Shown: positions 38,584 through 48,056, counted from the first letter of the stretch. The stretch is 64,000 bases of DNA from a virus (IMGVR_UViG_3300042367_000058:2203-66202); one strand, 5' to 3'. The notes: generated by a model from the sequence alone, not told the origin. Numbers and translations are program-made.

Positions 38584-38851
38584 TGTTAGCTCCTTGCTGT
38601 TGGCTGTTTACATACTCGGTAAGAATTTCACGAATCTTGGCTTGCTTTGTATAAGGATGGTTGGTGTTGAAGTACTCCATCACCTCCCTCGATAGACGCA
38701 AGCTCGTATTGAAAAGGGTTGGCTTCTTACTGGGGCCTCGTCCTTTCCGCTTTTGTTTTGGTTGCTCTGGTTGCTCTTGCTGTGATAAACCGCAAAACTT
38801 GCAGTCATCACCGCTCAAGATTGGGGCTCCGCACCCCTTACATGTTTTCAT
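38558..38851 (-). CDS. Zn-ribbon + BrnA-antitoxin-like RHH protein
   Basis: CKGC...CKFC; GRGP.KKP....SLRLSREVMEYF...Q..IR..L. Confidence 0.65.
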   Translation of the reverse strand: MKTCKGCGAPILSGDDCKFCGLSQQEQPEQPKQKRKGRGPSKKPTLFNTSLRLSREVMEYFNTNHPYTKQAKIREILTEYVNSQQQGANNGNSKEIN

Positions 38852-39024
38852 ATTGGGCTCTCCTCGTACTCATCCTGAGATTTCTTCTCTTGCTTTTGTA
38901 ATTTTGTTAACCACTTGCCATCGACTCTTTGGAACGGCCACCACGTCCGTAGCTCCTCCCGACTTGGTTGTTTTGTTCGCGTACCAGAGGCTTTTCTTGG
39001 CAAGCTCTTTGTCTTTTGCTCCAT
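38848..39024 (-). CDS. Hypothetical early protein
   Basis: MEQKTK...WWPFQRVDG; overlaps neighbour, start uncertain. Confidence 0.45.
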   Translation of the reverse strand: MEQKTKSLPRKASGTRTKQPSREELRTWWPFQRVDGKWLTKLQKQEKKSQDEYEESPI

Positions 39025-39178
39025 AACTTTCCAACTCCAAATATGCTTGCATCTCCGCGCTCTGACGTAGATACAAGCGTAACCATTTAACACCGCCAAG
39101 TCTTTTGTACTCGGCAAACTCGCTGTCGGTCAACCGCACATTAGTTGGATTGACGGCTTTTTCTTTTCTTATTGGCAC
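38870..39178 (-). CDS. Small RHH-like DNA-binding protein
   Basis: NVRLTDSEFAEYKRLGGVKWLR. Confidence 0.55.
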   Translation of the reverse strand: MPIRKEKAVNPTNVRLTDSEFAEYKRLGGVKWLRLYLRQSAEMQAYLELESYGAKDKELAKKSLWYANKTTKSGGATDVVAVPKSRWQVVNKITKAREEISG

Positions 39179-39398
39179 GTTTCTTCTCCATCATGTCTGG
39201 TGCTCTGGTGCTTATGTTCTTCTCTGTTATCCCGAAGATCGTGCCGTGGCTCGGGTTCTTCTCACGTATTTTGTTCAAGCCCTCGGTCATGTTGGCACTG
39301 ATGGCCGCATTGCGTTTGATGTCCTTGAATGGGTCGCCTCTACGTGCGATCTCCTGATCGGTGTACTCTTTCCAATTAAATGCGCTCACTACACTCAT
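39141..39398 (-). CDS. Hypothetical early protein
   Basis: SD GGAG; tight operon packing. Confidence 0.6.
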   Translation of the reverse strand: MSVVSAFNWKEYTDQEIARRGDPFKDIKRNAAISANMTEGLNKIREKNPSHGTIFGITEKNISTRAPDMMEKKRANKKRKSRQSN

Positions 39399-39561
39399 GT
39401 TGCTCCCCTGCTGATTTGGTTATAAAAATTAACTTGCACTTTGTGCATCTCCACATACGCCCCTCGACTACCACGGTTTCTTTCTCTCGGTGTTGCCCAC
39501 GCACCCTGCCGAAGAATGTACGAATCATTTCAATCATGCTTGCTCCTCCCAACGTCTGCAC
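39376..39561 (-). CDS. Small Zn-finger protein
   Basis: WRCTKC...HEC. Confidence 0.6.
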   Translation of the reverse strand: MQTLGGASMIEMIRTFFGRVRGQHREKETVVVEGRMWRCTKCKLIFITKSAGEQHECSERI

Positions 39562-39731
39562 ATCTCTTTGACTGTCTTGCTTTTCCTCTTGCCCTTACAC
39601 ACGTTGCTCACCGACTTTTGTTTGGCCTTGGCTTGCAACTGCGCTGGGGTCAAAGGTTTTGGCGGCTCGGGAAATAATCCGTTCAAACCAACCCCACCCA
39701 TTGCTAAGCAAAGAATGATTCTGCTAATCAT
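39534..39731 (-). CDS. Hypothetical protein with N-terminal hydrophobic segment
   Basis: Coupled to flanking genes. Confidence 0.55.
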   Translation of the reverse strand: MISRIILCLAMGGVGLNGLFPEPPKPLTPAQLQAKAKQKSVSNVCKGKRKSKTVKEMCRRWEEQA

Positions 39732-40246
39732 GCGAATACCTTTATGAGTTTGTTAAGAGACAAAGGTGCTTGCTTCCCACCATGCTGATCGCCGTTAAGT
39801 GGGGGTCGTAGTACGTGGATGTACAAAGACTCAAGACTGTCGAGCATGTCTTTACCGCAAGGTATGAATGCAAAACTGTCGAACCTCTTGTCATAGTGTT
39901 GGGCAATTCTTGCGTACACATTGACTGACTGCCCAACATAAATAACCTTGTCCCCACCAATCAAAAAATAAACGCCTGTTGCTAATTCCCAAGGGTTAGC
40001 CGCACCAACGATCTCGGCTTCGCTCAGCAAGACTTTGTTCGTCAAGGTCAAGGCAGTCTTATCGCTCAACTCATGGCGTTCCAAAATTCCACGCTTTAAT
40101 TCCAACGCTTTGATCTCACACTTCAAACTGTCTCGGCGTTCAATGTCTAAAAGTCTTTGGGCATCTCGCTCGCGCTTGTTCTTTTGGCGTGTGGCTACGC
40201 CCTTAGCGGCAATCGCTTTACGCTCCTCGGGTGTTTTGTCAATCAT
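39728..40246 (-). CDS. GIY-YIG nuclease-domain protein
   Basis: GVYFL...IYVGQS..R..H..E..I..P.LN. Confidence 0.8.
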   Translation of the reverse strand: MIDKTPEERKAIAAKGVATRQKNKRERDAQRLLDIERRDSLKCEIKALELKRGILERHELSDKTALTLTNKVLLSEAEIVGAANPWELATGVYFLIGGDKVIYVGQSVNVYARIAQHYDKRFDSFAFIPCGKDMLDSLESLYIHVLRPPLNGDQHGGKQAPLSLNKLIKVFA

Positions 40247-40455
40247 TCTTCCCCCTGATGTTCATACAGTCGCTTCTCTAGTCGCTCAATGCGTTGTTGG
40301 TTGTACTGAACGATTGACCTTGCATACTCCACTGCGCTTTCAGCTTCTAGCTTCTTGATGACGGCCTCACGCATTTCTTTCTCGATGATTTCACTGATGG
40401 GCTTTGGCTTCATCAGTTCCTTGATGTACTTGAGCGTTGAATCTTTCCAGCTCAT
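40243..40455 (-). CDS. Hypothetical coiled-coil protein
   Basis: ATGA coupling at both ends. Confidence 0.65.
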   Translation of the reverse strand: MSWKDSTLKYIKELMKPKPISEIIEKEMREAVIKKLEAESAVEYARSIVQYNQQRIERLEKRLYEHQGEE

Positions 40456-40841
40456 GTGTTTCTTTCTTTTAATGCGGCTTCAATGTCACGCACCATCTCC
40501 AGCAAAGTGCCTCTGCCACACCCACACTGAAAATCTTCCCAGTCCCAGTAGCTTTCTACTTCCTCATCCGTCAGCCCTACCCATGTGCGCGGGGGTCGCA
40601 TAGACAGTTTGATGTTGGCAACTCTTAGTTCGCCAACCAAGTCGTATGCATGCTCTTCCAGTCTTTTGATATGCGCATTAGCTTTCTCAAGTTCTGGCGC
40701 ATTCGCCTCAATGATGCGCTCACGTTCTTTGGCGGCTACCAGTTTGGCAAAGGCAATGACAACTGGGTCATGCCAGTTGGTGTCATGGTTTGGGTTGTTG
40801 CTTGCAACTTTCCACATATGCTCAATTTCTTCTTGTGTCAT
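40452..40841 (-). CDS. Hypothetical protein (WVGLTDEE...IEAALKERN family)
   Basis: Motif common in small phage early proteins. Confidence 0.7.
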   Translation of the reverse strand: MTQEEIEHMWKVASNNPNHDTNWHDPVVIAFAKLVAAKERERIIEANAPELEKANAHIKRLEEHAYDLVGELRVANIKLSMRPPRTWVGLTDEEVESYWDWEDFQCGCGRGTLLEMVRDIEAALKERNT

Positions 40842-41068
40842 TTCAATCCCCTGATATAAATTGCAAACGAATCAACTGTGTCCTTACCGAACACAGTCAT
40901 CTTCTCCACATGCTGTGCTATCTCCTCGATGACCTGCGCTCGGTATGGGTTAAGAGATACGCTGGCTTTCACAGCCTCCTTGCGTTGCTGTGCTTGTCGT
41001 TCAATCTCGTTGAACGCTTCGTCTTCGGGGTCGTCAATCATTCTTTCCTCCGTTCTGCATCCAGTCAA
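40838..41068 (-). CDS. Hypothetical protein
   Basis: EDEAF...FGKDTVDSFA.YIR; start probably at MIDD. Confidence 0.65.
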   Translation of the reverse strand: MTGCRTEERMIDDPEDEAFNEIERQAQQRKEAVKASVSLNPYRAQVIEEIAQHVEKMTVFGKDTVDSFAIYIRGLK

Positions 41069-41153
41069 GTGCGTATAAGAACACTGCTATCGCCACACCA
41101 CCAAGGCCAAGGCCAATAAACAGCACCGCAATCAAAGCCATTACATCTAACAT
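41034..41153 (-). CDS. 39-aa membrane protein (not in ORF track)
   Basis: ATG inside palindrome at 41147; MLDVMALIAVLFIGLGLGGVAIAVFLYALDWMQNGGKND. Confidence 0.65.
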   Translation of the reverse strand: MLDVMALIAVLFIGLGLGGVAIAVFLYALDWMQNGGKND

Positions 41154-41156
41154 TTG

Positions 41157-42020
41157 TTAGGTCTCCTCATCCATCAATACAACAAACACTTCGTCGTTCA
41201 CACGACAGCCTACGTTCTCAATGAAGTACTCGGCATCGACTAGCTTCAACATACCCAATTTGCCTCGCATCGTTTCGGGGAGGCTATTATCATCGTAAAG
41301 TTGAACATCGTCACCCACTTTGACTAGGTACTTACCACCATCTTTTACCACTACTGCGGCATCCCTATTCTCGAAGTGTTGCTTCACCTTCTCGATAGTC
41401 AGCATTTCGGAATCAATGCGTTCTTTCTCGTTGATACTTTTGGTGATTCGGTTTTTGTCGATGTCGTGCCAGCTTTCAACGTGGGCGAGGAACAAAGGAA
41501 AGCCAGTTCCCATGATGAATTGCATGGCCGCATCGCGCACAGTACGCTCGTGGTCATACTTCGCGTTGTCCTTCCTACGCTTTTGCGTAGCAATAACAGC
41601 ATTCGCCGCTTTCACAGCGTTCTCAATCCGCTCGGTTGGCTTGAGTTTGTAGAACATCTTCTTGGCTTTCAAGATAGCCTTATCCGCATCCGCAGTCTTG
41701 TACCCACCACGACGCACTCGCTCCTTACCGATGCGCTCGTTGGATACGTGGATAACGTACTCACGTCCGTGGTAGTGCCGCTCGATAATGCCCAGCTCCT
41801 CGCCATGCTCTACTACGCTGAACGCTGTGACTCGTAATTGGTTGTCTGAAGAATAAGTCACATCGATTGCCACGAATCTCCACAAAGGATTCAATGTGGC
41901 CAGACGTTGGATGACTGGGTCTATCAGCTTATCCACAAACGCTATCTCGCGTTTGTTCGCGGCGGCGTTTTCTTTCAGCTTGTCGCTGATCTTTACGTTG
42001 CTCAGTTCTAATGTGTTCAT
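41157..42020 (-). CDS. Hypothetical early protein
   Basis: 287-aa ORF with SD GGAG; stop lies inside palindrome. Confidence 0.75.
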   Translation of the reverse strand: MNTLELSNVKISDKLKENAAANKREIAFVDKLIDPVIQRLATLNPLWRFVAIDVTYSSDNQLRVTAFSVVEHGEELGIIERHYHGREYVIHVSNERIGKERVRRGGYKTADADKAILKAKKMFYKLKPTERIENAVKAANAVIATQKRRKDNAKYDHERTVRDAAMQFIMGTGFPLFLAHVESWHDIDKNRITKSINEKERIDSEMLTIEKVKQHFENRDAAVVVKDGGKYLVKVGDDVQLYDDNSLPETMRGKLGMLKLVDAEYFIENVGCRVNDEVFVVLMDEET

Positions 42021-42029
42021 GTTTTCTCC

Positions 42030-42881
42030 TTACCACTCGAAACGTTTAAGAATGTCATCTACCTTGGACTTCAACTCGATGCGAGAATCCGCATGTTCCT
42101 TGATGTCTTCGATGTCAGCACCGATCATTACCAACTCCAACTGTCTACGTGCTTCCTCCAGCTTGGGGTCGTTGGTCACATTCAGCTTGGTCAGCAACCC
42201 ACACAACTCGATGGGGTTAGTGATAAGCGTGTCGTGATACCGCTTCTTGGAATCTTCATTCACATCAGTCAACTTCTCGGATATACCTACTAACATCTTA
42301 TGCAGACGCTCCCACGGCTCACGCATTGACTCGGCCAGCTTCTTGTCTTGTTGCTTCAAGAACTCGCTGCGCATTTCATCTAAGTCATGCGCTGGTATGT
42401 CCAAGCGAAAGTCACCGGCCTCGGGCACAGGCTTGACTGTGCGTCGGAACCCAAACTTCAACCTAACATCTGTTAGGTCGGGGTAGTCCTCGGCTTTGTA
42501 CATAGTGCCTAAGTTGGTAGGTGCTTCTGCAACAAGACGCGGGTACTCCAAGAAGAAGTTGTTGCACATCATGTTGAATGTCTGCTCGAACCCATTTATG
42601 GTCTGCTTGTAGTCCATGAACAACGCAGTCGGCAACATGCGCTCACCCTTGTCAGCCCACGGCAACGTATGTCTGTTGTGATACAGGCGAACCCTCGCGG
42701 CAAAGTCCGAGATGTCTTTGCGTAGCGAAGTACCTGCAAACAGATTCTTCTTGGTCTGCGATGCACCACGTACCGCTGATGCGTCCGTGTTCACCTTGTC
42801 GGTTACTTCTTTGTCCAGCTTGGATGCTGGCCACACACTGATGTTCAATTCCACTAACACTGCTGATGCACTAATACTCAT
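42030..42881 (-). CDS. DUF3150-like helical protein
   Basis: TLPW...G.R.LP; DYP; size and adjacency to AAA/VWA pair. Confidence 0.6.
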   Translation of the reverse strand: MSISASAVLVELNISVWPASKLDKEVTDKVNTDASAVRGASQTKKNLFAGTSLRKDISDFAARVRLYHNRHTLPWADKGERMLPTALFMDYKQTINGFEQTFNMMCNNFFLEYPRLVAEAPTNLGTMYKAEDYPDLTDVRLKFGFRRTVKPVPEAGDFRLDIPAHDLDEMRSEFLKQQDKKLAESMREPWERLHKMLVGISEKLTDVNEDSKKRYHDTLITNPIELCGLLTKLNVTNDPKLEEARRQLELVMIGADIEDIKEHADSRIELKSKVDDILKRFEW

Positions 42882-42912
42882 TTCATTTCTCCTTGGTTGT
42901 TTCTAACATTTG

Positions 42913-44136
42913 TTAGTTCTTGATGTGGATGGTCTTGCCGTTGTCGGCCTCGCCATCAAAGTAGTCACCGACAATGCACCACAACGTAGGTGCAGTCCAC
43001 TCGCTACCCCAGTCATCGCCCACGCAACCATCGGTCAGGATGATGACGCACTCAGGCTTGATGTTCTTCTCCTTGAGATACTCAGAGATACAGCTTGGGC
43101 TCGTACCACCACCGCCCTTGGGTCGAGTCGATGCAATGATGTTGGCCGCTTCACCATCACCATAGGTCTCGTGCTGAACCACACTGCTACCCCAGTACAA
43201 CAAGTCCACACACGCAGGGTTTACTTCTTCCGCGATACCCTTAACCTCGGACAAGAACTCACCAAGCTCTTCATCGCCCACCGAACCCGATGTGTCAACA
43301 GCGATTACTAAGTGGCCCACCTTCTCACCGATAAGCGTCGGCATGTACATGCCTGTGGATAAGAACCTACGATTAACCCTGCGCCATGACGATGCGTCCT
43401 TGGCATTGCACGTTGACTTCACGAAGTCACGCAGTACCTCACGCCAGTTGATCTTGGGCTCAAGCAATTCAGCAAGCTCACGATCAAGCCCATCTGCCCC
43501 GCTACCCGCAATCTTCTGACGTGCCATCATGCCTTGGCGAATGGCTTGGTCGATCTCACGCTCAAGCTCTTTCTTCTCCTCCTCGGTCATGTTCTTGGCA
43601 TCATTCCAGTCGTGGTCGTCCATACCACCACCGCCTTCACCATCGCCATCACCGTCACCTTCACCGCTCTCCTCTTTCTCCTGCTTGAGAATGTCGAAGA
43701 CTTGCTTGGAGTTCATGCCACGGAACCGCTCATCTACCAAGCCCATCACCTTACCCGCCATCGGATGTCCGTTTGGGTAGCGAGGCATAGCGATAACTGA
43801 TTCAGTCGGATCGAGGTCTTTGAGCATCAGGTTAATAACGTAGTCACAAGCTTGGTTGGCCAGCGCGTGATCTTCATCATGCAACTTGCGCCATGTGGTC
43901 AAGTGTCGATACATCTTGTGGCCGTTCTCGTGGGCTACAAGGAAGTTCAACTCTTGGTCACGCAAAGACTTCACAAACGCACGTCCGTATCGCTCATCAC
44001 GTCCGTTGGTACACGCAGTCGGGATGTTATCCACTACGCTAGTTTTGCCTACCATCAACACACCAGACAGCAATGCGAACTTGGGGTTACGCATCAACGT
44101 AATCTTGGCCTTCTGTACTTTCCGTTCTTCTAACAT
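42913..44136 (-). CDS. Putative metallopeptidase + VWA domain protein (DUF2201-like)
   Basis: TACTNG, HENGH (HExxH), NQACD; MIDAS VDTSGS, GGGT, LTDG. Confidence 0.88.
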   Translation of the reverse strand: MLEERKVQKAKITLMRNPKFALLSGVLMVGKTSVVDNIPTACTNGRDERYGRAFVKSLRDQELNFLVAHENGHKMYRHLTTWRKLHDEDHALANQACDYVINLMLKDLDPTESVIAMPRYPNGHPMAGKVMGLVDERFRGMNSKQVFDILKQEKEESGEGDGDGDGEGGGGMDDHDWNDAKNMTEEEKKELEREIDQAIRQGMMARQKIAGSGADGLDRELAELLEPKINWREVLRDFVKSTCNAKDASSWRRVNRRFLSTGMYMPTLIGEKVGHLVIAVDTSGSVGDEELGEFLSEVKGIAEEVNPACVDLLYWGSSVVQHETYGDGEAANIIASTRPKGGGGTSPSCISEYLKEKNIKPECVIILTDGCVGDDWGSEWTAPTLWCIVGDYFDGEADNGKTIHIKN

Positions 44137-44354
44137 TTGTTAGCTCCTTCTTCGTTTTCATTTAACATTTCACATACTTTCCTACACACAGTTTCATCCT
44201 CGTGCTTGAACATAGTGTTCCAGTCCTCGTCCCTCACGCACCAACCCAAGACAACTATTTCCCCATGTCGATTGGTTGCGGTTATCCACTGCACAAAGTA
44301 CCGCGCTTCCAACTTCTTGCGCAGTTCTTTGTAGTCAACGTTTGTTGTGTTCAC
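44130..44354 (-). CDS. Hypothetical protein
   Basis: Coupled between AAA and VWA genes. Confidence 0.6.
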   Translation of the reverse strand: MNTTNVDYKELRKKLEARYFVQWITATNRHGEIVVLGWCVRDEDWNTMFKHEDETVCRKVCEMLNENEEGANKC

Positions 44355-45427
44355 AGCAGGTCTTGATTCTTCGCAACCCAGTCAGCAAACGCCTTCGCGC
44401 TGAACGCAATGCTCTGCTTCTCCTTGGTCTTGGCAATGTTGATAGCGAACACTGCTTGCCACTCGGCATCGAACCGTTCCAAGTACTCCATGAATGGGGC
44501 GATGGTGTCTTTCTCGATACGTGTGATAGCACCGAACACCACAATGGCACAAGCGCCGGGGCTTGTTGGTATCTTCGTATGCTTAGGGTCTTTGATGGTT
44601 GCTTCCCACGTTGGCAGTTGGTCAGCGAACTCGATGTACGCTTGCATGTCACGCGAACCACTCTCACCAATCGCACCAGTCAACGCCGCAATCACAGAGT
44701 CAGGGTCGTTCTGCTTGCGAGTCCGGACAATGTTGCTTGCAGTTTCCAGCGAACGTGGAGACACGAACGCAGTCTGTGGCTTCTTGGGGTTGAAGATGTA
44801 GGGGTTGTCGTTCTGCCCACCATCGGTGTAGCTTGCGAGCACATGGGGAAAACGGTTGACCCAAGCAATCACTTCGGGCTCGATGCCCTTGCCAATCGCC
44901 CACTCAATCCATTCATCCGCAGTCGGCTTGCCAATCGTCAGGGGAACCAAACGATTCATACTGTGCGACTTCAAGCTGTCGCCCACGCCGTCGGTGCTCA
45001 GGTTGCCAGTCAGAAACACAATGGTCTGTTGGTCGCCTTTGCTTGGCAGGGGGATGTCACCGAGTCGGGGGTTGGCCTTCTCAAGCATGGGGTGAAGCAT
45101 GTTCTTCACAGGGTCAGCACCCTTGGTGAACTCGTCGAGCATGATGACTAAGGGTTTCTTCTCATGCAATTTGAACCGAGCATTAGGGTAATACCTAGTG
45201 GTCTTGGTGTCGTGGTCGATCACAGGCATTGCGATGTCGCCCAAGTCCATATTGGGTACGTCGATATACGCATATTCATAACCCAGCTCACCAGCGATGT
45301 TCTCCAACAGGGAAGATTTCCCGATGCCGGGCTCACCACGCAACAAGAACCGAGTCTCAGGGTTGGTGCGAATCAATGTCGCGGCTTGCTTCAGGGTCAC
45401 GGTCTTACCAAATTTAACTTCTGACAT
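44351..45427 (-). CDS. MoxR-like AAA+ ATPase
   Basis: GEPGIGKS, MLDE, TGN, NR, SPRS. Confidence 0.88.
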   Translation of the reverse strand: MSEVKFGKTVTLKQAATLIRTNPETRFLLRGEPGIGKSSLLENIAGELGYEYAYIDVPNMDLGDIAMPVIDHDTKTTRYYPNARFKLHEKKPLVIMLDEFTKGADPVKNMLHPMLEKANPRLGDIPLPSKGDQQTIVFLTGNLSTDGVGDSLKSHSMNRLVPLTIGKPTADEWIEWAIGKGIEPEVIAWVNRFPHVLASYTDGGQNDNPYIFNPKKPQTAFVSPRSLETASNIVRTRKQNDPDSVIAALTGAIGESGSRDMQAYIEFADQLPTWEATIKDPKHTKIPTSPGACAIVVFGAITRIEKDTIAPFMEYLERFDAEWQAVFAINIAKTKEKQSIAFSAKAFADWVAKNQDLL

Positions 45428-45508
45428 TTCTAACTCCTCTGATTCCTAACATTTGTTAGGTTTGTTGAAAAAACTTACACACGAAAACACTTCTCCATAC
45501 CAGCTTAT

Positions 45509-45537
45509 ATTATAACACATTGTTACATATAAGTCAA
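45509..45537 (-). promoter_or_regulatory. sigma70 promoter with embedded TAACA-N3-TGTTA palindrome
   Basis: TTGACT-17-TATAAT on the - strand. Confidence 0.85.
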
Positions 45538-45541
45538 GTAA

Positions 45542-45727
45542 TTAGCCTTCACTTGCCTTGAACTTCTCCCACTCTCCGACCAGTTGGTTGCGAACCTTCT
45601 CGTCCTCAATCACTTTGCGCAACACGAACTCGGTCATGTACGCCTCGTGCTTGTACTTAAAAGCGTAGGCAGTAGCGACTGCGGCCCAGACAAACAATGC
45701 AATCTCTGCAATAGATAACTCAATCAT
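45542..45727 (-). CDS. Small membrane protein
   Basis: N-terminal TM; SD AAGGA. Confidence 0.65.
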   Translation of the reverse strand: MIELSIAEIALFVWAAVATAYAFKYKHEAYMTEFVLRKVIEDEKVRNQLVGEWEKFKASEG

Positions 45728-45749
45728 TTCCTTCTCCTAACATTTGTTA

Positions 45750-46718
45750 TTACCACTCAATCATCCACTTGTCGTACTTACCACTCGACACCTTGCCCTG
45801 CGGCATTACCTCACGCACCAGTACATCGTGTGCGTAGAACTGAAACAGTATCTCGTCCAGCTTGGGCACGATGTGATTGGCTTGCACGATTGTCTCGTCG
45901 GCTCGCATGTCCATCCTGTCGCTTTCTGCCTTGGCAATCAGCAACAACGCCGCTTTGTAGAAGTTGGTGTGCTTGACATCCTCGGGTTGGTCGGGGCGAA
46001 TCAAGTGCTCGAACTTGGTAGCCGATTCTCTGTACTGCTCGGGCTTGACCGGCGAGTAATTTATGTGTTGCGCCCCACGCTTGTCCATGTAGCAATACTC
46101 ACGTATATGCAGAAGACCGCCGCATGTGTTCTTGAACTCCTCCAATGGCACGACGATGCAATCCTTCTCGGGTGCGTAATAGCTGGTCTTGGCTTTCTCG
46201 GTGCGCAGATTCACGAACCCCTTCAGGTACTTGTAAAAGTCTGCGTAGATGGCTCTCACGTTTGCCGTGGCTTTGCGGTCAAGCTTCCAGCCATACTGCG
46301 TGGTCGGGTTAAGAGGATGCCAATTCCCATCCCCGCCCCGCTTCAGGCGTAGCTTCTCGCCGTTGCTCAACACAACTTTAACGCCGTTGATGGCAAGCAC
46401 GGTCTTGCCCCGCAGTCCACTCGCAGGGATACCAAGAATACGCGCGATGAATTGGTGTGTGGATACTGTGTCATACCCATCGGTGAATACCACCACTTCT
46501 TCCTCGGGCGTGAACGTGATGACCGGAGTCTTGTACAAGACCAACTCAATCGCCTCGCCATTCTTGCGTATGTGGTACTTGTCAACATCCCGTCGGTCAC
46601 CCAATGGGCGAACCTCGGGCGAACGCCCACGAATCGGTTTGCTGATGTCGTGTAGTTGCTTGGCGTGTCTGTGGTTGTCCACTCTCGGCACTCTCATTAT
46701 TGTTGCGTATCCCATCAC
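45750..46718 (-). CDS. Hypothetical early protein
   Basis: 322-aa ORF, SD GGAGG. Confidence 0.75.
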   Translation of the reverse strand: MMGYATIMRVPRVDNHRHAKQLHDISKPIRGRSPEVRPLGDRRDVDKYHIRKNGEAIELVLYKTPVITFTPEEEVVVFTDGYDTVSTHQFIARILGIPASGLRGKTVLAINGVKVVLSNGEKLRLKRGGDGNWHPLNPTTQYGWKLDRKATANVRAIYADFYKYLKGFVNLRTEKAKTSYYAPEKDCIVVPLEEFKNTCGGLLHIREYCYMDKRGAQHINYSPVKPEQYRESATKFEHLIRPDQPEDVKHTNFYKAALLLIAKAESDRMDMRADETIVQANHIVPKLDEILFQFYAHDVLVREVMPQGKVSSGKYDKWMIEW

Positions 46719-46876
46719 ACACCTCCTGTTGTTTTGTATGCCTTGATTTTCTTCAGCGATGGATTGGCTACCTTGAACCTCTCCTTCGCCAGCTTCATGT
46801 TGTTGGCTACGATACTCTCGGCAACCCAGTTGCTGAACTTACCGCACCACCCTGTAACGTAGTATCTACATAACAT
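46715..46876 (-). CDS. 53-aa hypothetical protein (not in ORF track)
   Basis: ATG inside palindrome at 46871; MLCRYYVTGWCG...; stop coupled to next start. Confidence 0.6.
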   Translation of the reverse strand: MLCRYYVTGWCGKFSNWVAESIVANNMKLAKERFKVANPSLKKIKAYKTTGGV

Positions 46877-46887
46877 TTGTTAGTTCC

Positions 46888-47205
46888 TCACAACATCCCA
46901 CAATCAGGGCAACGAAAAGTATGCCCTTTGATCTGCTTGCTCGTATGCCCACATACACATTTGTGCTCGTATATCTCCAACCCTGTGGTCGAACCTGTGC
47001 GTATCACGTTGCCCACATGATGGCTGATTGCACTCAGCCTTGCACACACATCCGAATACATGGCATGGGCTTGCGCCAAATACTCAGGGTCAGTCTCAGG
47101 GTTTGCCATCAACTTGAGAATCATCTCCTCCATGTGGGCTCTGCTCTTGTTTATGTTCGTCCATTGCCGCAAGGCCATGTTTTGTTTTGCTGTCTGTATG
47201 TTCAT
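46888..47205 (-). CDS. Zn-ribbon protein
   Basis: CVCG...CPDC. Confidence 0.65.
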   Translation of the reverse strand: MNIQTAKQNMALRQWTNINKSRAHMEEMILKLMANPETDPEYLAQAHAMYSDVCARLSAISHHVGNVIRTGSTTGLEIYEHKCVCGHTSKQIKGHTFRCPDCGML

Positions 47206-47402
47206 AACCTAATCTCCTTCGGTTGCTTGACCTTCACCTCATACCCAAGCATCTGTATGCGCTTGATGTCCTCGGGTAAAAGCGTTTTCGTCCCTGCGAT
47301 AGCCGCAAAGATTTGCGCCTCACCGCATACTGGGTATATCTTGGCCTGTCCGTATACGTCCTTGACCTCGACCATGATGATGTTGTTTTGGTTTTCTAAC
47401 AT
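47202..47402 (-). CDS. Hypothetical protein
   Basis: Starts inside palindrome; VYG...YP....A..FA.IAG.KTL. Confidence 0.7.
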   Translation of the reverse strand: MLENQNNIIMVEVKDVYGQAKIYPVCGEAQIFAAIAGTKTLLPEDIKRIQMLGYEVKVKQPKEIRL

Positions 47403-47405
47403 TTG

Positions 47406-47567
47406 TTATTCCTCCTCGTATTGTTTTAAGTAAGTGATGTATTTCTCCACACTCGCCCATGTTTCGGGTAGGGCTAGGTCGTGTGCGGTAGCAAAATCCG
47501 CATTCGCAATCTCACCCATGAGGGCTTGCAAATTTTCTAGCTTGTTTATCATTTCTTCTATGTTCAT
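47406..47567 (-). CDS. Hypothetical protein
   Basis: MNIEEMINK; SD GGAGG; stop in palindrome. Confidence 0.65.
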   Translation of the reverse strand: MNIEEMINKLENLQALMGEIANADFATAHDLALPETWASVEKYITYLKQYEEE

Positions 47568-47731
47568 ACTGCCTCCCTTAGTTGTTGCACCACCATTGCA
47601 TCCCAACCATCTCGGTTGGACTCAGCCCACGCTATTGCTCCTTCTTCAGAATCGAATAGCCCATATATCCTCGATGGTTCGTGGTTAAAGAATACTGTGA
47701 CCACCCATTTCCCTGTGTCTTTATCTAACAT
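47564..47731 (-). CDS. 55-aa hypothetical protein (not in ORF track)
   Basis: ATG inside palindrome at 47725; YGLFDSEEGAIAWA. Confidence 0.65.
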   Translation of the reverse strand: MLDKDTGKWVVTVFFNHEPSRIYGLFDSEEGAIAWAESNRDGWDAMVVQQLREAV

Positions 47732-47734
47732 TTG

Positions 47735-47908
47735 TTATTCCTCCTCGGTTGGCTCAATGTTCAACAAGCTCATCACCTGACTGATACAGCAATGCGTGTC
47801 CTCCAAGTACTCTGCTCGGTACTCGGCGGGATTCGACAAGAATCGGCGCAGGTCAATCTCCACCGCCGCAATCAGCTTCAATGCTTTCTCGTAGTCGTGC
47901 TCAGTCAT
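47735..47908 (-). CDS. Hypothetical protein
   Basis: MTEHDYEK; stop in palindrome. Confidence 0.6.
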   Translation of the reverse strand: MTEHDYEKALKLIAAVEIDLRRFLSNPAEYRAEYLEDTHCCISQVMSLLNIEPTEEE

Positions 47909-48056
47909 CGGTGCTCTCCCATTGTTCTTCGGGTAAAAAGTGCATCGCTTTGTCGTCGGGTATATCTGCAATTAACTCAGCAATCGCAGTCACATCCCCT
48001 GCTTCAATGTCTTTGGCAATCTGTTCCAACACTTTGTCTATCAACGCTTTCTTCAT
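47901..48056 (-). CDS. 51-aa acidic protein (not in ORF track)
   Basis: MKKALIDKVLEQIAKDIEAGDVTAIAEL; SD AAGGAG; ATGA coupling. Confidence 0.65.
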   Translation of the reverse strand: MKKALIDKVLEQIAKDIEAGDVTAIAELIADIPDDKAMHFLPEEQWESTDD

